NCBI GenBank assembly: GCA_037137535.1
Contig: JBAXKC010000003.1
Coordinates: 1 to 64,000 of the forward strand
Length of the DNA stretch: 64,000 nucleotides
Direction: 5' to 3'
Origin: a bacterium
Lineage (GTDB): Bacteria; Cyanobacteriota; Vampirovibrionia; Gastranaerophilales; JBAXKC01
Made by a program: the position numbers and the translations under genes. Of this stretch, positions 9,606-19,413 are shown piece after piece. How positions within the stretch are numbered: the stretch's first letter is position 1; every line of letters begins with the position of its first letter. Below the pieces are notes generated by a model. It ran no database searches. It was given only the letters and a program-made list of their open reading frames with translations, and was not told the DNA's origin.

Positions 9606-9977
9606 GTGCTTGAAAAAGCTCAAAGGCTAAAAAACAGCAGTGAGTTTAAGACAGTTTATAACCTGAAAAGGTCTGTCGCTAATTCATTGCTGATTTTGTA
9701 TGTTGGAAAAAAAAAGGATAATTCTCTTATAAAGCCTCGTGTCGGTTTTGTTGTCGCTAAAAAAATTCATAAACGTGCAACAAAAAGAAATAGAGTTAAG
9801 CGATTAATAAGAGAATCTTACAGAAACTTTTTGCGATCTCATCCGTCAAAAGATATTACATGGCAACGATTAATATTTTTAGCTCGCTCACCTATGTTAG
9901 ATGCGAAATATGAAGATGTTTTACATGCTGTGGAAGATTGTTTAAGAAAAGTTGAAAAATTTTCTAACTATGAATGA
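9606..9977 (+). CDS. rnpA: Ribonuclease P protein component
   Basis: [21 protein letters not shown]; gene order. Confidence 0.95.
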   Translation: MLEKAQRLKNSSEFKTVYNLKRSVANSLLILYVGKKKDNSLIKPRVGFVVAKKIHKRATKRNRVKRLIRESYRNFLRSHPSKDITWQRLIFLARSPMLDAKYEDVLHAVEDCLRKVEKFSNYE

Positions 9978-10188
9978 ATTTATAAAAAATATTTTTATTA
10001 AAATAATTAAAGCCTATCAGCTTTTTTCAAGATATACACCGAAATCGTGTCGATTTCATCCGACATGCTCTGAATATACGAAACAGGCTATAATTAAATA
10101 TGGAATTACAAAAGGAATAATACTAGGAACGAAAAGAATATTAAAATGTCATCCGTTCCATTTAGGAGGTTATGACCCTGTTCCATAG
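9970..10188 (+). CDS. yidD: Membrane protein insertion efficiency factor
   Basis: [28 protein letters not shown] 9970 preferred over TTG 9952. Confidence 0.95.
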   Translation: MNEFIKNIFIKIIKAYQLFSRYTPKSCRFHPTCSEYTKQAIIKYGITKGIILGTKRILKCHPFHLGGYDPVP

Positions 10189-10254
10189 TTGTTTTTTTGA
10201 TAAAATTTTTACCAGAGTCACTGCAAATAAAAATAATAAAATGAGGGAAGAATA

Positions 10255-11307
10255 GTGGATTTCACAGCAATTACAATCGGGATTTTAAAGGCATTAAGCC
10301 ATATAGCAGGTGGTTATGGCTTTGCGATAATACTTTTAACTGTTATTGTAAGATTAAGCCTTTGGCCATTTGCTGTTTCACAGCAAAAATCAATGAAAAA
10401 AATGCAAGAGCTTTCTCCAAAACTTAAATTGATTCAAGACAGATACAAAAGCGAGCCACAGGTTCTTCAGAAGAAAATGGCTGAATTCTATAAAGAGCAT
10501 AGCTTCAATCCTTTCTCAGGTTGCTTTACTATGTTAATTCAGTTACCTGTGTTTTTTATTTTATACGGAGCGTTAGCAAGTCCACAATTTAATGAAATCG
10601 CAGGAAAATCATCTTTCTTGTTCATTAATCAATTAAATGCACCAATACAAAGTCATGCGGGTAAAGTCGGTGATGGTATATTTGGGGTTAATCCTAATGA
10701 TAAATTCATAACTGAAAAAACAATAAAAGTAACTACAAAAGACGGTAAAACTTCAACTATTGATTTAAAAAATCCTAATAAAGCCGTTGAAGTTCAAGGT
10801 AAAATAGTTGCAGGATATCCAATGGATTTAAAAATTAATCTTCCTGAATCAACAGAATTGAGCTTTGATCAAATTAATCCTATCAAATCAGCCGTAGTTC
10901 CTGTTGTAAATAATGCAACAAAAGAAATAGAAAAGTTAACATTTGAGAAAAAAGGCGATTTACTTGTTTCAACTGTTAAAACTGAAAAAGTAAAAACAAA
11001 AATTCATTTTGATGTATTAATTTTAGCGCTGTTATTTGGCGGATCTATGCTGATTTCACAAAAATTCATGTCTAAATCAATGAAAAATGATAATATGGAC
11101 CCTGCTCAAAAAGCTATGCAGGATCAAATGTCAAAACTTTTACCTGTTATGTTTATCCCAATGTTCTTATTCGTTCCAATTCCTGCCGGTGTTTTCCTTT
11201 ATATGATTGTCAGCAACGTAATACAGATTGGTCAGACAGTTATAATAAATAAAATGCTTGAGTCAGAGCAATCTGTAAGTGAAGCTAAAGTAACCGTAGT
11301 CGAGTAA
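10255..11307 (+). CDS. yidC: Membrane protein insertase YidC (with soluble insert)
   Basis: YGFAIILLT..VR, NPFSGC, IQLPVF, PAGVFLY...SN..QI.Q. Confidence 0.95.
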   Translation: MDFTAITIGILKALSHIAGGYGFAIILLTVIVRLSLWPFAVSQQKSMKKMQELSPKLKLIQDRYKSEPQVLQKKMAEFYKEHSFNPFSGCFTMLIQLPVFFILYGALASPQFNEIAGKSSFLFINQLNAPIQSHAGKVGDGIFGVNPNDKFITEKTIKVTTKDGKTSTIDLKNPNKAVEVQGKIVAGYPMDLKINLPESTELSFDQINPIKSAVVPVVNNATKEIEKLTFEKKGDLLVSTVKTEKVKTKIHFDVLILALLFGGSMLISQKFMSKSMKNDNMDPAQKAMQDQMSKLLPVMFIPMFLFVPIPAGVFLYMIVSNVIQIGQTVIINKMLESEQSVSEAKVTVVE

Positions 11308-11309
11308 AA

Positions 11310-12686
11310 ATGGCTTTAAACTTGTTAAATGATACAATAGCAGCAATAACAACCCCGCTTGGTACAGGTGGGGTTGGCGCTGTTAGAATAAGTGGCGATA
11401 AGGCTTTAGAAACAGCAGGAAAAATTTTCTCTTCTTCCCTTAATAATAAAATCCTTCCTGAATTTAAGGCCAATCGTATTTATCATGGCTGGGTTTTTGA
11501 TAATAATAATCTTGTTGATGAGGTTATATTATTGGTTTTTAAAGCACCTAAAAGCTTTACGGGTGAGAATATTGTTGAAATTCAATGCCATGGCGGTATT
11601 AATGTAGTTAAGAATATACTTAAACTCGTTTTAAAAAATGGAGCAAGATTAGCTGAGCGTGGTGAATTTACAAAACGTGCATTTTTAAACGGAAAAATGG
11701 ATTTATCTCAAGCAGAGGCGGTTTTAGATCTTATAAATTCAAAGACTGATCGTTTCTCTCAAGTATCAGCCTATAATTTGACGGGAAAACTTTCCGAAAA
11801 TGTTAATAATATTCGTTCAGAGCTTTTACATATAGTTTCAGAGATAACGGCTGCCGTTGACTTTCCTGAAGACGTTGAAGAGCCTGATTATGAATATATT
11901 AAGAATAAAATACTAGATACAATTTTAAAAATTGAAAGCATTTTAAATCGTTCAAAAAATTCTGATTATTTGCGTAATGGCATAAAAATAACACTTGCAG
12001 GAAGACCCAATGTAGGAAAATCTTCCTTATTTAACGTGCTTTTAAATGCAGACAGAGCAATTGTAACAGATATTCCAGGTACTACCAGAGATACAATATC
12101 AGAAACCATAGATATAAATGGAATACCTGCTGTTTTAACAGATACTGCTGGGATTAGAGAGCTTGAAAATCAAACCGGAAACAATTATGTTGAATCTCTA
12201 GGTATTAATATTTCAAAATCTTCAATAAAAGAAGCTGATGTTGTTATATTCTTATTTAGCCTTGCAGAGGGATTAACAGAAGAAGATAAATTGATTTTAG
12301 AAGAAATACAGGAAAAGCCTATAATTAAACTGGGTACAAAATCAGATTTAATGAGCCAATGTCAATTGGATTTTGAATATCTGCCTATTTCTTCAAAAAC
12401 TCTTAATGGAATAGATAGCTTAAAAGACCAAATAGAACAAACAGTTTTACATGAAAAAATTGAAGGCAATTTAGAATTTTCAACGAATACAAGACAGAAA
12501 GAATGTTTAACAAGGGCAAAGGACTCTTTAATGCTTGCGTTTGATGCGGCAGAGTTTGGGCAAATACAAGATTTAATTCTGATTGACTTAAAAACAGCTC
12601 TTATTTCATTGGGTGAAATAACAGGTGAAATCATCTCGGATGAGATTTTAAATAATATTTTTGATAATTTCTGTATAGGTAAATAA
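11310..12686 (+). CDS. mnmE: tRNA modification GTPase
   Basis: DTIAAI.TP.G.GG, SFTGE, GEFTKRAFLNGK, GRPNVGKSS, C-terminal FCIGK. Confidence 0.98.
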   Translation: MALNLLNDTIAAITTPLGTGGVGAVRISGDKALETAGKIFSSSLNNKILPEFKANRIYHGWVFDNNNLVDEVILLVFKAPKSFTGENIVEIQCHGGINVVKNILKLVLKNGARLAERGEFTKRAFLNGKMDLSQAEAVLDLINSKTDRFSQVSAYNLTGKLSENVNNIRSELLHIVSEITAAVDFPEDVEEPDYEYIKNKILDTILKIESILNRSKNSDYLRNGIKITLAGRPNVGKSSLFNVLLNADRAIVTDIPGTTRDTISETIDINGIPAVLTDTAGIRELENQTGNNYVESLGINISKSSIKEADVVIFLFSLAEGLTEEDKLILEEIQEKPIIKLGTKSDLMSQCQLDFEYLPISSKTLNGIDSLKDQIEQTVLHEKIEGNLEFSTNTRQKECLTRAKDSLMLAFDAAEFGQIQDLILIDLKTALISLGEITGEIISDEILNNIFDNFCIGK

Positions 12687-13196
12687 TTAAGCTTTTTCTT
12701 GAGTTTTTTCTGCTATATTTGCCGCATCCTCTGTGGTTTCAAATTCTTTACCTTTAGCGGAAAGATTATTGCCGTCATATAGCTTTTTAAGTCTATCCAT
12801 TGCAAATAGAAGGTCTCTTTTTATAATGTTAGAGGACTTTTTAATTTCATTTACTGTTACAGTTCCATCTAGTGTTTCGGTGGAATCTTCAAACATAAAA
12901 TGGGTTAATTTCTCTTCGGGATCAAGTTTTCCATTTTTATTAAAATCAAGAATAAAACCTAAAAGCCCAATATCCTTTGGTGTGATTTTTCCATCACCGT
13001 CTTTATCTTTATAAAGTCGCAGGATATTTTCTTTACAGAATTTTAATCCTAAGGCAATACTGAATTTTCCTGTTTGCGGATCAATTTCTGTATATTTGAT
13101 GCCTTTAACGGGTTGTTTTTCTGTTTTGATTTCTGTTGGTGGTTGTTTTGGTTTGGCGTAGATAGGAGGCCTGTTATAACCGTTTATTTTTGTCAT
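12687..13196 (-). CDS. Hypothetical EF-hand-like Ca-binding protein
   Basis: DKDGDGKIT and DFNKNGKLD loops; P/K-rich disordered N-terminus. Confidence 0.6.
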   Translation of the reverse strand: MTKINGYNRPPIYAKPKQPPTEIKTEKQPVKGIKYTEIDPQTGKFSIALGLKFCKENILRLYKDKDGDGKITPKDIGLLGFILDFNKNGKLDPEEKLTHFMFEDSTETLDGTVTVNEIKKSSNIIKRDLLFAMDRLKKLYDGNNLSAKGKEFETTEDAANIAEKTQEKA

Positions 13197-13334
13197 TTTA
13201 CGCCTTCCTTTTAATCTATAAGATAAATTATATCAAATCTTTTAAATTAAAGATGAACTTCTTTAAAAAAAGTAACTATCTATATAAAACATCAAAACTT
13301 TATTAATTGATAGACGATAAAAAAATAGTAAAAA

Positions 13335-13826
13335 TTACAGAGTTAATTCCATTGTAATATTTCCACGCTCAAAGCAACTGTGTCTGTTTTCTTCGCTTTC
13401 TATAAATCCGAATTTTTTATATAAAGTTATTGCAGGTATTAATTTTCGACTGCTTACAAGATATAATTTTTTAATACCTTTTTCTTTTGCCAGTTCTATT
13501 AATGCAAGAACAAGTTTTTTTCCTGTTCCAAAACCTTTGTACTTTTCAGTTATGCTTAATTTACTTAATTCAAAAATACCATCGGCTGCTTTTATGAGTG
13601 AGCCTGTCCCGATTATTTCATTGTTGAATTTGGCAAATAAAATTGAACCACCTGTATTTATTACATTTTTTTCAGGGTTTGATAATATTTCTCTATCAAG
13701 TTCTTCAACATAAAAATATTTTTCCAGCCATTCGGTATTTAAATTTAAAAAGGCTTGTCTGTGTTCTTCATTGTCTTTTTCAAAATGAATTATTTGGGTA
13801 TTTTCATAATTTGAATTTGTATTCAT
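13335..13826 (-). CDS. GNAT N-acetyltransferase (paralog 3)
   Basis: YKGFGTGKKL acetyl-CoA motif, AITLYKKFGF. Confidence 0.92.
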   Translation of the reverse strand: MNTNSNYENTQIIHFEKDNEEHRQAFLNLNTEWLEKYFYVEELDREILSNPEKNVINTGGSILFAKFNNEIIGTGSLIKAADGIFELSKLSITEKYKGFGTGKKLVLALIELAKEKGIKKLYLVSSRKLIPAITLYKKFGFIESEENRHSCFERGNITMELTL

Positions 13827-13855
13827 AATTTTATATTACCTCATTATTTTAATTA

Positions 13856-14347
13856 TTAAAGAGTTAATTCCATTGTTACATCGGCTCTTTTTGTATACTG
13901 ATGCCTGTTTTCCTTACTTTCAATAAAACCTAATTTTTTATACAAAGCTAATGCCGAAGTTAATTTATTGCTACTTATCAGATATATTTTTTTGATTCTT
14001 TGTTCTTTTGCCAGCTCAATTAGTGAAAGAACTATTTTTTTACCGAGGCCAAAACCTCTATAAGTTTCAGTTATACATACTTTATTTAATTCGTAATTTC
14101 CGTCTTTAGCTTGTGAAATAGCTCCTGTGCCAACTATTTTGTCATTAAATTTAGCGAGTAAAATAAATCCGTCATTTTTTATAATAGTTTCTTCAGGATG
14201 TAATAATACTTCCTTGTGAAGTTCAGCAACATCAAAATATTTTTCCAGCCATTCTAAGTTTAAGTTTAAAAAGGCTTGTCTGTGTTCTTCATTATCTTTA
14301 TTAAAGTGGACGATCTGTGCGTTTTCGTAATTTTTATTTGTTTTCAT
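13856..14347 (-). CDS. GNAT N-acetyltransferase (paralog 2)
   Basis: YRGFGLGKKI, ALALYKKLGF; ATG 14347 follows GAGG RBS (ORF track 14365). Confidence 0.92.
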   Translation of the reverse strand: MKTNKNYENAQIVHFNKDNEEHRQAFLNLNLEWLEKYFDVAELHKEVLLHPEETIIKNDGFILLAKFNDKIVGTGAISQAKDGNYELNKVCITETYRGFGLGKKIVLSLIELAKEQRIKKIYLISSNKLTSALALYKKLGFIESKENRHQYTKRADVTMELTL

Positions 14348-14378
14348 AGTTATTATTAACCTCATTATTTAGTTATCT

Positions 14379-15344
14379 TTAAAGGGTTAATTCCATTGTA
14401 ATGTTAGGCTGTTCAAGATTACTGTGCCTATCTTCTGTGCTTTCAATAAAACCTAATTTTTTATATAAAGATATTGCTGCTACTAATTTACCCTTAGTTG
14501 TTGTCAGGTATAATTTTTTAATTTCTTTTTCTTTTGCTAATTCTATTAATGAGGAGACAAGCTTTTTGCCTATTCCGTTGCCTTTATGAGATTCTGTTAC
14601 ACTTATCTTGTTTAATTCGTACTTTCCGTCTTTAGCTTTTGAAATAGCACCTGTTCCCACTATTTTGTCTTGAACTTTAACAAATAAAATAGATCCATCA
14701 TTATTTAGTATATTTTCTGGTTTTGATAGCATTTTTCTATCAAATTCTGCAACCCAAAGATATTTTTCCAGCCATTCTAAGTTTAAATTTAAAAAAGCCT
14801 GTTTGTGTTCTTCATTATTTTTTTCAAAATGAATTATTTGGGCATTTTCAAAATTTGAATTTTTTACAAATGTTTCAAAAAAAGGCTTAGTCCTGACAGT
14901 ATTTTCAAATTTATTTAAAGCCTCCCAAATGTCTATGCCTGAATCATTTGAGATTTCTTCCACTGTTTTATTGATGATAGTCCAAGTTGGTTGAAGTTTG
15001 TTAAGTAATAACTCGCCATCTTGCGTTAAATATAATTTTTTAACTCTTTCATCTTGTGAAAACTTTTTAGTTTCAATAATACCTTTTTTAACCATTTGTG
15101 TTGTAAATTGACTTATGGCTGCATGTGATACACCTATTATTTCTGATGCCTGAACAATTGCAATACCGGGTTGTTTTGAAATTAAGTAAAATAAGGGAAA
15201 CCATTTAGGTTCAAAATCAATATTCGCATATTCGTAAATTTTTTTGCCGTCATCCATCATTAAGTCACTTATAGCTTTTAGTCTGCTACCTAACATTAAT
15301 AACCCGATATTATTAACAAATTCTTTTCGGGAGTTTATGCTCAT
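14379..15344 (-). CDS. Bifunctional MarR-type HTH regulator / GNAT acetyltransferase
   Basis: LGSRLK, FEPKWFP, wHTH with DERVKKLYLT; C-terminal GNAT. Confidence 0.92.
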   Translation of the reverse strand: MSINSRKEFVNNIGLLMLGSRLKAISDLMMDDGKKIYEYANIDFEPKWFPLFYLISKQPGIAIVQASEIIGVSHAAISQFTTQMVKKGIIETKKFSQDERVKKLYLTQDGELLLNKLQPTWTIINKTVEEISNDSGIDIWEALNKFENTVRTKPFFETFVKNSNFENAQIIHFEKNNEEHKQAFLNLNLEWLEKYLWVAEFDRKMLSKPENILNNDGSILFVKVQDKIVGTGAISKAKDGKYELNKISVTESHKGNGIGKKLVSSLIELAKEKEIKKLYLTTTKGKLVAAISLYKKLGFIESTEDRHSNLEQPNITMELTL

Positions 15345-15377
15345 AGTTAATTTGCCCTTTTTTATAACTTAGGAATG

Positions 15378-15428
15378 ATTTTAGCAATCAAAATTAAAAT
15401 ATGCAAGCACTTACGTAAGTTGTTACAT
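15378..15428 (-). promoter_or_regulatory. Sigma70 promoter with adjacent palindromic operator
   Basis: TTGCAT-17 nt-TAAAAT with extended TG on minus strand; perfect palindrome ACTTACGTAAGT at 15409-15420. Confidence 0.7.
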
Positions 15429-15597
15429 AAATATAAAAATTAATAATTTACAGCAAAAAGCGAACTATTTGATTCACTTTTCAAAACTTTAGTTGGACGT
15501 TTTTTTTAATCATACTAAAATAGATATATAAGACGAATTTAATTTAATTAAATATAAAGTTTTAGTTTTAAAAAAAGTTTAAGTTGGTGTTATCCCT

Positions 15598-16962
15598 ATG
15601 CGTTCTATAACAAAAGAAAAATTATGGGAAGAAATCCTTGTGAAATTGGCAGAAGATCTTGAAATGCCTGCATTTGAATCATGGATAAAACCCGTAAAAC
15701 CTATTGATGTAAATAATGAACATTTTACAATCACTACAAATAATACTCTTAGCAAAGAATGGATTTATAAAAATTACTCCAGACAAATAAAAACATATAT
15801 CCATGAAATAACAGGGCAGCATCTTGAGCTTAAAATTAATGTAGAATTAACAAGGGAAGCTGATTTTCCAAAACAAGAACCAACGAAAACAAAACATATT
15901 TCGCTTAGTGAAAATCAAATTGATGCGATGCGAAGTATTTCCAATAATCTTAATTTAAAATATACATTCGATACTTTTGTAATCGGTCCTCATAATAAGT
16001 TTAGCCATGCCGCCGCAAGAGCAGTTGCTCAAAATCCCGGTAAATCACATAATCCGTTGTTTATCTATGGTGGTGTGGGACTTGGCAAAACTCATCTTAT
16101 GCAGGCTATAGGGCATTATATCCTTGCAAATCATAATCACCTAAAGCTAAAATCCACAAGTACAGAGATGTTTACCAATGACCTTATAAACTCCATAAGA
16201 AATGATAAAATGCTTCAATTTCGTATGAAATATAGACAGGTTGACGTTCTTTTACTTGATGATATTCAATTTATTGAAGGTAAAGCTCAAACGCAGGAAG
16301 AAATTTTCCATACCTTTAATGATTTATATGAAGCAGGTAAACAAATTATTATAACAAGCGATAGGCCGCCAAAAAGCATTTCAACCCTTACAGAAAGGCT
16401 GCGAAGCCGATTTGAATGGGGTCTTCTTGCTGATATTCAAGTTCCTGATATTGAAACAAGGCTTGCAATTCTTAAAAACAAAGTAGAAAGGGATAAAATG
16501 AATGTCCCTGACGAAGTACTTGAGATAATTGCAATTGCTTATCAGAATAATATCAGAGAGCTTGAAGGAGGATTAAACAGAGTTGTAGCTTATGTTAGCA
16601 TTAATGATTGCGCTATGACTGTTGATGTAGTGAAAAGTTTACTTAACTTCTCAGGCTCAAGCTCTAAATTAAGTATAGATAAAATAATTGAAATGACTGC
16701 ACAGTATTTTAAAATGGAGCCTTCTGACATAAAAGGACAAAGCCGTTCAAAAGATATTTCAAATGCAAGACAAATTGCAATATATCTTACAAGAGACATG
16801 ACAGGCTCAAGTTTCCCTAATATTGGCGATGCTTTCGGAGGAAGAAAGCACACGACAATTCTATATTCTTTTGAAAAAATGAAAGAAGAAATGGCAACAA
16901 ACAAGAAACTCGCCGATACTATCAGCGAGATTTCTAAAATGGTTACTCAAAATTGTCGTTAA
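15598..16962 (+). CDS. dnaA: Chromosomal replication initiator
   Basis: YTFDTFV.G, NPLFIYGGVGLGKTHL, LLLDDIQF, RLRSRF.WGL, FGGRKHTT. Confidence 0.98.
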   Translation: MRSITKEKLWEEILVKLAEDLEMPAFESWIKPVKPIDVNNEHFTITTNNTLSKEWIYKNYSRQIKTYIHEITGQHLELKINVELTREADFPKQEPTKTKHISLSENQIDAMRSISNNLNLKYTFDTFVIGPHNKFSHAAARAVAQNPGKSHNPLFIYGGVGLGKTHLMQAIGHYILANHNHLKLKSTSTEMFTNDLINSIRNDKMLQFRMKYRQVDVLLLDDIQFIEGKAQTQEEIFHTFNDLYEAGKQIIITSDRPPKSISTLTERLRSRFEWGLLADIQVPDIETRLAILKNKVERDKMNVPDEVLEIIAIAYQNNIRELEGGLNRVVAYVSINDCAMTVDVVKSLLNFSGSSSKLSIDKIIEMTAQYFKMEPSDIKGQSRSKDISNARQIAIYLTRDMTGSSFPNIGDAFGGRKHTTILYSFEKMKEEMATNKKLADTISEISKMVTQNCR

Positions 16963-17540
16963 AACTTTCCTTCTTTTAAAATTTCTTCGAGAGGTTTTCT
17001 ATCGTTAGGAAAATCCTTTTCTTTCATATCATGTGGTAAGACTTCCTTATCGCCTAAATATCCTACTGCAATAGCGACCATTACCGTATATTTATCTTTT
17101 GGCACATTAAGAAGTTCATAGGCCTTTTCTGAATTAAAGCCTGCCATTGCATGAGCATAAAGCCCCATTTTTCTAGCTTGTAATGCCAAAGACATCCACG
17201 CTGAACCACAATCAAACTGAGCCGAACTATTTGGTTCACCATTATAATTAAAGCTGTTTCTTGCAAAAACATAGATTAAAAGCGGTGCTTTATTAGCCCA
17301 TAACTGGTTTTTTTCAACAAGAATACTGTTAAAAATTTCTAAATCTTTATCTTCTTTTGCATACAAGAAAAGCCATGGCTGCTCGTTAAAACAAGACGGT
17401 GACCATCTTGATGATTCAAATAGCCTTAAAATAGTTTCATCATCAAGTTTTTGACTTGAAATAGCTCTTGGAGACCAACGATCAAGAAACATTGCATCTA
17501 TTTCATGTTCAGGATGTCTATTATTTAATATATCCGTCAT
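16959..17540 (-). CDS. Nitroreductase family protein
   Basis: RWSPRA, WSPSCFNEQPW, AHAMAGF. Confidence 0.93.
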   Translation of the reverse strand: MTDILNNRHPEHEIDAMFLDRWSPRAISSQKLDDETILRLFESSRWSPSCFNEQPWLFLYAKEDKDLEIFNSILVEKNQLWANKAPLLIYVFARNSFNYNGEPNSSAQFDCGSAWMSLALQARKMGLYAHAMAGFNSEKAYELLNVPKDKYTVMVAIAVGYLGDKEVLPHDMKEKDFPNDRKPLEEILKEGKF

Positions 17541-17570
17541 AATGTATTCCTTCTGAAAAAAGATAATTAA

Positions 17571-18038
17571 CTATAATGAAGCTAAAACCTCATCAACATG
17601 ACCTTTTACTTTAACATTGCTCCATACTTTTTTAATTAAGCCGTCAGAGCCTATTATAAAAGTCGATCTGATTATACCCATATAGGCTTTACCATACATC
17701 TTCTTTTCGCCATAAGCATCATAAGCCTGTGCAACAGCTTTATCTTTATCGCTAAGTAATATAAAATTCAGACTTTGATTTTCCTGAAAACCTTTATGAC
17801 TTTTTACGCTATCGGGACTTACGCCAACAACTAAAGCCTTAGAGCTTAATCTGTTTAAATTATCTCTAAAATCGCATGATTCCTGAGTGCAACCAGGTGT
17901 ATTATCTTTCGGATAGAAATATAATACTATATTTTTTTCTTCTTTTAATAATTCTTCAAGAGCAAACGTTTGTTCGTTTCCTTCTGAGTCAATTCCTTCT
18001 AAATTAAAGGCAGGTGCTTTATCTCCAATATTTAACAT
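17571..18038 (-). CDS. bcp: Peroxiredoxin BCP/PrxQ
   Basis: YFYPKDNTPGCT.E.C.FRD, GIIRSTF. Confidence 0.94.
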   Translation of the reverse strand: MLNIGDKAPAFNLEGIDSEGNEQTFALEELLKEEKNIVLYFYPKDNTPGCTQESCDFRDNLNRLSSKALVVGVSPDSVKSHKGFQENQSLNFILLSDKDKAVAQAYDAYGEKKMYGKAYMGIIRSTFIIGSDGLIKKVWSNVKVKGHVDEVLASL

Positions 18039-18124
18039 TCTTAAATTCTCCCGACTTGGTGTACTTTAAAAATATAATATACTAAAATGTATTAAAGTAA
18101 AAATCTTTTTCTTCATATTAAGGC

Positions 18125-18152
18125 AAAAAAAAGAACCTAATAAATTAGGTTC
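18125..18152 (-). terminator. Rho-independent terminator
   Basis: GAACCTAAT-TT-ATTAGGTTC then T8 on minus strand. Confidence 0.75.
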
Positions 18153-18231
18153 GTGTACTGTCTGGAATTAAGAATAGCTGGAAGTATGAAAAAGATCTTT
18201 ATTATAATGCTATTTTTCTAATGTCTATACA

Positions 18232-18261
18232 ATTAACCACAAGAATATTCTTGTGGTTAAT
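18232..18261. repeat. Perfect 30-bp palindrome
   Basis: ATTAACCACAAGAAT|ATTCTTGTGGTTAAT. Confidence 0.9.
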
Positions 18262-18288
18262 AAATTTAATATTTACTTGTACAACTGT

Positions 18289-19239
18289 CTAATGTCTTTG
18301 ATGAAAAGCGTTGTTATCACTGCATTTATGTCCATGATAGGTTAAGTATCCGCACTTTTCGCAAATCTTATTACAAGGCTCAAGATGTATTGTTATTACA
18401 GAATTTTTTATTTCTTCCATTAATTCGTTTTCAATTACATCACATAGGTCATGTCCGTCTTTTAAGGTAATATCGCTTGGTAAAACCAGAATAAGGTCAA
18501 TTAGTTTTTCCGAGCCGGATTTTCTTGTCTTAATACTTCTTATTTCTACTATCTCTTTAGGCATATACACTTTTATTTTTTCTCGTATTATTTTATTGTC
18601 TTCTTCGGGTAGACTTGAATCCAATAAATTACCTATTGCGGTTTTACATATACCATAACCTGATTTTGCAATCATTAAAGCTATTATTATTGCAATGATA
18701 GGGTCAATCATAGGTATTTTAGTAAGTTTAATAAGCACCAACCCGCCTAAAACTCCAAAACTTGTCCAAACATCAGCACTTAAATGCTTTGCATCAGCTA
18801 AAAGAGCAATAGAGTCAGTTTTTTTACCAACTTTATAAAGATGGCGACTTACACAAATATTAACAACACAAGAAAAAGCCATTACATAAATACCTGCATT
18901 TAGCCCTTCCTGAATGGACACACCATGTTTTATCTTATTGAGAGCTTCGTAGATAATATAAACAGTTGCGGCAAAGAGCAGAAGTCCTTCAAATAAAGCT
19001 GAAATATCTTCAAATTTGCCATGTCCGTATGGATGATCAATATCTGCAGGTTCTGAGGATTTTTTTATAGAATAATATGCCAAAAAGGAAGCCAATAAAT
19101 CAGTAAATGAATGAATAGATTCTGAAATAATACTGAAACTTCCTATTAAAAAACCTGTAATAAATTTAGCAACAATAAGTGTAAAATTTGAAATTATAGA
19201 AATTAATGCTGCCTGTTTTTTTTGCTTGTTCCTGTCCAA
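18289..19239 (-). CDS. Cation diffusion facilitator transporter (FieF-like)
   Basis: HSFTD, HPYGHGKFE, HLSAD, C-terminal dimerisation domain, Cys/His-rich tail. Confidence 0.94.
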   Translation of the reverse strand: MDRNKQKKQAALISIISNFTLIVAKFITGFLIGSFSIISESIHSFTDLLASFLAYYSIKKSSEPADIDHPYGHGKFEDISALFEGLLLFAATVYIIYEALNKIKHGVSIQEGLNAGIYVMAFSCVVNICVSRHLYKVGKKTDSIALLADAKHLSADVWTSFGVLGGLVLIKLTKIPMIDPIIAIIIALMIAKSGYGICKTAIGNLLDSSLPEEDNKIIREKIKVYMPKEIVEIRSIKTRKSGSEKLIDLILVLPSDITLKDGHDLCDVIENELMEEIKNSVITIHLEPCNKICEKCGYLTYHGHKCSDNNAFHQRH

Positions 19240-19341
19240 AATTAAATATCCTTAAATAAATTCATCCATATAAAATAGCATAATTATTTTACAAATTTAA
19301 TAAAAAAATTACTATTAATAATTTTTTTTAACAGTTTTAAT

Positions 19342-19385
19342 GCTATTGAGAGTTAGTGTCAAAGCTATTGAGAGTGAGTATCAAA
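19342..19385 (+). repeat. 22-bp tandem direct repeat, two copies
   Basis: GCTATTGAGAGTTAGTGTCAAA / GCTATTGAGAGTGAGTATCAAA. Confidence 0.85.
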
Positions 19386-19413
19386 TAGAGAAGAAAAATA
19401 AGGATTAAAAGAA

